This document shows, in pieces, positions 58,966-64,000 of a stretch of 64,000 nt of DNA; positions within the stretch are counted from its first letter, which is position 1; every line of letters begins with the position of its first letter. The stretch lies in contig NZ_CAJXYK010000034.1 in assembly GCF_913063425.1 (NCBI RefSeq), positions 911-64,910 of the forward strand, in the 5' to 3' direction. This DNA is from an uncultured Thiohalocapsa sp. GTDB taxonomy: Bacteria; Pseudomonadota; Gammaproteobacteria; Chromatiales; Chromatiaceae. Under the pieces are notes generated by a model. It ran no database searches and was not told where the DNA came from. It saw only the letters and a program-made list of their open reading frames with translations. Both the position numbers and the translations under genes were made by a program.

Positions 58966-61833
58966 TCAGCCCTGCTGCGCCTCCGCGGGCACCTGCGCTC
59001 GCCGTCGCCGCACCAACGCCTTCTCCAGCTCCACAATGAACAGCACCGAGGCGGCCACCAGCACGATGCGCAGCCAGATGCCCGCATCGATGGCCGCGGT
59101 GCCGAACAGGGCCTGCATGGGCGGCAGATAGGTGAAGGCGAGCTGGAACAGGATCAGCAGGCCCACCGCATAGAGCACATAGCGGTTGCCGAAGAGACCT
59201 CGGAGGTTCAGCACCGGTGCGGTCGTGTAGCGGGAGTTGAACAGGTAGAAGATCTCGAACATCACGAGCGTGTTCACGGCCACGGTGCGGGCCTGCTCGA
59301 TGGGCGCGCCCTGGTATCGCTCCCACAGGAAGAGCCCGAAGGTGCCGGCGGTGAGGATCAGCGACACATAGGCGATGCGCCACAGGAACAGGGCCGACAG
59401 CACCGGCTCGCGGGCATTGCGCGGCGGGCGCGTCATGACGCCCGGCTCCGGCGGCTCGAAGGCGAGCGCCAGGGCCAGGGTCACGGCGGTGATCATGTTC
59501 ACCCAGAGGATCTGCACCGGCGTCAACGGGAACTGGTGAAAGCCGAACAGGATGGCCCCCAGCACCACCAGGGCCTCGCCGCCGTTGGTGGGCAGGATGA
59601 ACAGGATGGCCTTCTTCAGGTTGTCGTAGACGGTGCGGCCCTCCTCCACGGCGTTGGCGATGGACGCGAAGTTGTCGTCCGCCAGCACCATCTCCGCTGC
59701 TTCTTTGGCGGCCTCGGTGCCGTTGATGCCCATGGCGACGCCGACGTCGGCGCGCTTCAGGGCCGGCGCGTCGTTGACGCCGTCACCGGTCATGGCCACC
59801 ACGGCGCCCGATTGCTGCAGCAGCTGCACCAGGCGCAGCTTGTGCTCCGGCGTGACCCGGGCGTAGATGTCCACCTCCTGGGCGCGCCGGCGCAGCTCGG
59901 CGTCGTCCAGTGTGTCGAGCTGTGCGCCGGTGAGGGCCTCGCCCGCGTTCTCGAGACCCACCTGGGCCGCGATGGAGCGGGCGGTGGCGGCATGGTCGCC
60001 GGTGATCATCTTCACGCGGATGCCGGCATCCCGGCAGGTGCGCACGGCGGCGATGGCCTCCTCCCGCGGCGGGTCCATGAGCCCGAACAGGGCGAGCAGG
60101 GTCAGGTCGCCGTCCACGTCCTGGAAATCGAGCTCCGAGCGATGCGGCTCTGCCGGCTTCACGGCCACCGCCAGCACCCGCTGGCCGGCGGCGGCCAGGG
60201 CCTCCATGCGCGCCTCCCAGGCGGCACGGTCCAGGGGCGCGTCGCCGTCCGCGCCGCGCTCGGTGCTGCATTTGTCGAGCAGGGCCTCCGGGGCGCCCTT
60301 CACATAGATAAAGGACTCGCCCGCGTGGCTGTGGTGCAGGGTGGCCATGAACTTGTGGCCGGACTCGAAGGGGATCAGGTCTGTGCGGGGAAAGCGCTTG
60401 GCGACGGCCTCCAGATCGACGCCGGCCTTCGTCGCCGCCACCAGCAGGGCGCCCTCCATGGGGTCGCCGTGCACCCGCCAGGGCGCGCCGTCCTGCGCAT
60501 CCAGTGATGCATCGTTACACAGCACCACGGCGCGCAGGGCCTCGACGAGCTGTGCGTCCTCCTGGGGGCGCAGCAGGGCATCGCCGTCGTGCATGAAGGC
60601 GCCGTGCGGGTCGTAGCCGGTGCCCGTGACGCTGAGCGCCCGCTCTCCGGTGTGCACGCTGGCCACGGTCATGGCGTTGCGGGTCAGGGTGCCGGTCTTG
60701 TCGGAGCAGATGATGCCGACGGTGCCCAGCGTCTCCACCGCCGGCAGCCGGCGGATGATGGCGTTGCGCCCGGCCATGCGCTGCACGCCGATGGCGAGCG
60801 TGATGGTCATGATGGCCGGCAGGCCCTCCGGGATGGCCGCCACGGCCAGGCCCACGGAGGCCAGGAACATCTCCGCGGCGGTGTAATTGCGCACCAGGAT
60901 GCCGAAGGCGAAGCTCGCCGAGGCCAGCACCAGAATGGCCGCCGTGAGCCAGCGCCCGAACTGCGCCATCTGCCGCAGCAGCGGTGTGGTGAGCTGCTCC
61001 ACATTGGCCACCATGGCGCTGATGCGGCCGATCTCCGTGTCGGCCCCGGTGGCGGCCACCACGCCGGTGCCCTGGCCATGGGTCACCAGGGTGCCGGAGT
61101 AGGCCATGCAGCGGCGGTCCGCGAGCGGCGTCTGCACCGGCAGCGCCGCCACGACCTTATCCACGGGTACGGATTCGCCGGTGAGCGGTGCCTCTTCGAT
61201 CTGCAGGCCCTTGGCCCGCACCAGCCGCAGGTCCGCCGGCACCTTGTCGCCTGACTGGAGCTGCACCAGGTCGCCGGGCACCAGCTCGGCGGCGTCCACG
61301 GTGACCAGCCGGCCGCCGCGCCACACCATGGCCTGGGGCGAGAGCATGTTGCGGATGGCCTTGAGCGCGTCCTCGGCCTTGCCTTCCTGCACGAAGCCGA
61401 TGGCGGCATTCACCAGCACCACACCGAAGATGACGCCGGCATCCAGCCAGTGCTGCAGCAGCGCTGTCACCAGCCCGGCCGCCAGCAGCACATAGATGAG
61501 CACGTTGTGGAACTGCGCCAGGAAGCGCAGCCAGGGGCCGCGGGTCTTCGGCTCCGGCAGTCGGTTGGGGCCGTGTGCGTCGAGCCGCTGCCGGGCCTCG
61601 TGGGGGCTCAAGCCCTCATGGCCGCCGTCGAGCCGGGCCTGGGCCTCCTCGGCGCTCAGGTGATGCCAGGCAGGCTCCCCCCGGGGAGGCTGTTTGGCCG
61701 TGGGCGCGCGCAGCTCGCGGCGCCCGCCCCGGTCCACGAAGCCGCCGACGATGACGACGGTCATGATCGCCAGGAGTCCGATGATCCACTCCATGGCGAT
61801 GATGTCGAAGATCAGGATGTCGCTTTCGAGCAT
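58966..61833 (-). CDS. P-type cation-transporting ATPase (P2A/PacL-CtpF-like)
   Basis: LTGES, IPEGLP, CSDKTGTLT, MITGD, TGDGVNDAPAL. Confidence 0.95.
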   Translation of the reverse strand: MLESDILIFDIIAMEWIIGLLAIMTVVIVGGFVDRGGRRELRAPTAKQPPRGEPAWHHLSAEEAQARLDGGHEGLSPHEARQRLDAHGPNRLPEPKTRGPWLRFLAQFHNVLIYVLLAAGLVTALLQHWLDAGVIFGVVLVNAAIGFVQEGKAEDALKAIRNMLSPQAMVWRGGRLVTVDAAELVPGDLVQLQSGDKVPADLRLVRAKGLQIEEAPLTGESVPVDKVVAALPVQTPLADRRCMAYSGTLVTHGQGTGVVAATGADTEIGRISAMVANVEQLTTPLLRQMAQFGRWLTAAILVLASASFAFGILVRNYTAAEMFLASVGLAVAAIPEGLPAIMTITLAIGVQRMAGRNAIIRRLPAVETLGTVGIICSDKTGTLTRNAMTVASVHTGERALSVTGTGYDPHGAFMHDGDALLRPQEDAQLVEALRAVVLCNDASLDAQDGAPWRVHGDPMEGALLVAATKAGVDLEAVAKRFPRTDLIPFESGHKFMATLHHSHAGESFIYVKGAPEALLDKCSTERGADGDAPLDRAAWEARMEALAAAGQRVLAVAVKPAEPHRSELDFQDVDGDLTLLALFGLMDPPREEAIAAVRTCRDAGIRVKMITGDHAATARSIAAQVGLENAGEALTGAQLDTLDDAELRRRAQEVDIYARVTPEHKLRLVQLLQQSGAVVAMTGDGVNDAPALKRADVGVAMGINGTEAAKEAAEMVLADDNFASIANAVEEGRTVYDNLKKAILFILPTNGGEALVVLGAILFGFHQFPLTPVQILWVNMITAVTLALALAFEPPEPGVMTRPPRNAREPVLSALFLWRIAYVSLILTAGTFGLFLWERYQGAPIEQARTVAVNTLVMFEIFYLFNSRYTTAPVLNLRGLFGNRYVLYAVGLLILFQLAFTYLPPMQALFGTAAIDAGIWLRIVLVAASVLFIVELEKALVRRRRAQVPAEAQQG

Positions 61834-62212
61834 GGCGCCCTCCACCTGCGTTGCAGCCAATCCGCTGAAGCCAAGCTTACGACACCACTTCGGGTGCATT
61901 GACGCCCGGGGGGTGCGGGTCCGGCGAAGGTCCGGGCGGTGCGGGCGCGCGCTGCTGCATGGCGCCCGCAAAGCCGTGGCAGCGTTGTGGGAATGGCTGG
62001 CTGCGGACTGGATGCCGCGCTGTCAGCGGTTGGACCAAGCAGCGGCGCTGACCCGGACGCGCGAGCTGGTGCCTTGATTGGCGGAGACCTACAACCGCAT
62101 CAACGCCTACAGCAGCGAACGCTTCGCCGGCGTCAGCGACCACCGGCCCACGCCCGTGACTGAAGCCAGCGGGTCGGGCCGCTGACAGGAGGGGTGTCGG
62201 CCCGCGGCGGAC

Positions 62213-62653
62213 TCAGTCCGCGGCCTCGGGCAGCCAGTCCTCGCTCAGCATGTCTGCAAGCATGAATGGGCAGCTGTCGGGGAACCGCTCGGGGGCGAGT
62301 CCCGTCTGCTTCGCGGCGGCACGTCGGGCCTTGCGGTAACAGGTGGCCAGCTGCTCGGCGGGGTAGGGCCTCAGGCTCGGGCTGTCTTCGAGCGCAAGCT
62401 GGATCTGCAGGCGCGCATCGGCGATCGAGTCCCGCCAGCTGTCGGAGCGCCGTTCCGGCTGATGGCGCCACTTGAGCAGATGCACCAGTAATCGGATCAG
62501 CTGGCTTGCGATGCCGCGCCGCTCGCTCTTGCCCAAGTCCTCCACCTCCTCGGCCAGGTGCTCCGCATCCAGCTCCTGCCAGCGGCCCTCGCGGATCAGC
62601 CGGGCGGTCTGCGCCAGCCAGGCCTGGTAATCGGAGGCATAGTCGCTGTTCAT
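62213..62653 (-). CDS. DUF29-family protein
   Basis: DYQAWL...LDAEHLAEEVEDLGKSE...HLLKW...SPSL...CPF. Confidence 0.9.
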   Translation of the reverse strand: MNSDYASDYQAWLAQTARLIREGRWQELDAEHLAEEVEDLGKSERRGIASQLIRLLVHLLKWRHQPERRSDSWRDSIADARLQIQLALEDSPSLRPYPAEQLATCYRKARRAAAKQTGLAPERFPDSCPFMLADMLSEDWLPEAAD

Positions 62654-63008
62654 CCTGGTCACCGCTGCGGACGCCGTGTGTGTGGAGACAATAGCGCCGG
62701 CCCCGAGGGGCCACAAGCGATGGGCGGTGGGCGCGCTGCGCTTTGCGCCCGCCCCGATGTCTGCGGTCACGAGCGCCGTCAAGCCCGTGTCGCACCGGTG
62801 CGGACCAGCCGGCCGCCCTCCAAGACCTGTTGCAGTCTGCCAAGCGGCTGACCCTGCCGGCGCGCCGCTTCGGCTGGCGCAGGCGCACCGGACTGGGCTC
62901 CCGCTTGACCCAGCGCAGCCAAACCGCGGGTAGCCGTCAGCTCCCTCGCCAAGCCCTTGATCCCGGCCGGGATGCGCCTGCGGACGGCATTGACGCCCCT
63001 GCGGGGAG

Positions 63009-63026
63009 TGTCTATTTTACTTGACA
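63009..63026. promoter_or_regulatory. PpsR/CrtJ binding site upstream of crtE
   Basis: TGTCTATTTTACTTGACA = TGTC-N10-GACA. Confidence 0.8.
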
Positions 63027-63104
63027 CTCAATCGTGACAAACGGCTGTGACAGGGGTTTCGCCGCCGCCTGTGAGCCGGTTTCCAGCAGCGGGAGGCAAG
63101 GCCG

Positions 63105-63980
63105 ATGGACGTACTGCAACGCATCGAGCAGGCCCTGGAGGCGGCGCTCACGCTGGGCCTGGCCGAGGACGGCCCGCCCAAGCTCGCCCGCGCCGTGCGC
63201 CATGCGGTGCTGACGCCGGGCTCGCGCGCCCGCCCGCGGCTGCTGCTGGCGGTGGCGGAGGCCTGCGGCGACGACGCGCCGGCGGTGGCCGATGCCGCCG
63301 CGGCCTCGCTGGAGCTCATGCACTGTGCCTCGCTGGTGCACGACGATATGCCCGTCTTCGACGACGCCGACACCCGCCGCGGTGCGCCCACGGTGCACCG
63401 GTTGTTCGAGCAGCACGGCGAGCAGCTGGCCCTGCTGACCGGCGATGGGCTCATTGTGCTCGCCTTCGAAAACCTCGCCTGGCACACCCGCCTGCACCCG
63501 GAGCGGCTCGGGCCCCTGACCCTGATCATCGCCCGCGCCGTGGGCGTGGGCCACGGCATCGTCGCCGGTCAGGCCTGGGAGTGCGAGACCGATGTGGATC
63601 TCACCCAGTACCACCGCGAGAAGACCGCTGCGCTCTTCTCCGCTGCCACCGAGGCCGGCGCCGCCGCCGCGGGCATGAACCCGACCCCCTGGCGCACGCT
63701 CGGCGAGAACCTGGGCCTGGCCTATCAGGTGGCGGACGACCTGCGAGATGTGGCCGGCGATGCCGCCGAGCTCGGCAAGCCGGTGGGGCAGGACGCCGCC
63801 CACGAGCGCCCGAGCGCCGTGTCCCAGCTGGGGGTGGACGGCGCCGTGGCCAGGCTCGGGGACCTGCTGATGGAGGCCGTCGATTCCATCCCGGACTGCC
63901 CGGGCCGCGATCAGCTCGCCGCCATGGCGCAGGCGGAGCTGGACCGGCTGCTGCCGGCGGCGCTGCACGCCAAGGGCTGA
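63105..63980 (+). CDS. crtE: Geranylgeranyl diphosphate synthase
   Basis: HCASLVHDDMPVFDDA, RRGAPTVH, GQAWECE, YQVADD, KPVGQD. Confidence 0.93.
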   Translation: MDVLQRIEQALEAALTLGLAEDGPPKLARAVRHAVLTPGSRARPRLLLAVAEACGDDAPAVADAAAASLELMHCASLVHDDMPVFDDADTRRGAPTVHRLFEQHGEQLALLTGDGLIVLAFENLAWHTRLHPERLGPLTLIIARAVGVGHGIVAGQAWECETDVDLTQYHREKTAALFSAATEAGAAAAGMNPTPWRTLGENLGLAYQVADDLRDVAGDAAELGKPVGQDAAHERPSAVSQLGVDGAVARLGDLLMEAVDSIPDCPGRDQLAAMAQAELDRLLPAALHAKG

Positions 63981-64000
63981 GTGCTGAGGGTCTAGGGGAA

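Noticed and set aside
62075-62077. Selenocysteine read-through
   Set aside because: No SECIS-like hairpin follows and there is no selenoprotein motif.

Overview
GC-rich gammaproteobacterial chromosome segment, most likely a nitrogen-fixing purple sulfur bacterium (Chromatiaceae-like; inferred from nifB/nifQ/draG, crtE with a PpsR-type site, and PEP-CTERM-type proteins). Layout: (1) 1-4530, the right end of an integrated phage-derived element ending in a displaced 3' half of tRNA-Ile(CAU) (attR), with a small terminase gene but no large terminase beside it and a lone tail/baseplate-like gene; (2) two large paralogous PEP-CTERM-type surface proteins; (3) housekeeping and signalling genes (ATPase-metA, tRNA-Phe, phhB, AHAS, MtfA, EAL/GGDEF, heavy-metal RND pump, speE, SqrR/BigR-like ArsR, two two-component pairs, truC, bcp, argG); (4) a tightly coupled five-gene accessory chaperone operon (TPR protein ending in the beta-clamp motif QLDLF, atypical J protein, GrpE, Hsp70, Zn-ribbon/TPR), the best candidate for an undescribed system; (5) tRNA-Glu and pcnB-folK-panBCD; (6) nifB-fdxN-orf-nifO-fprA-fdx-fdx-nifQ-draG with sigma54 and NifA sites; (7) DUF2189, a P-type ATPase, DUF29 and crtE. 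No CRISPR array or rRNA was seen. Family calls come from motif recognition by eye; no database search was run.
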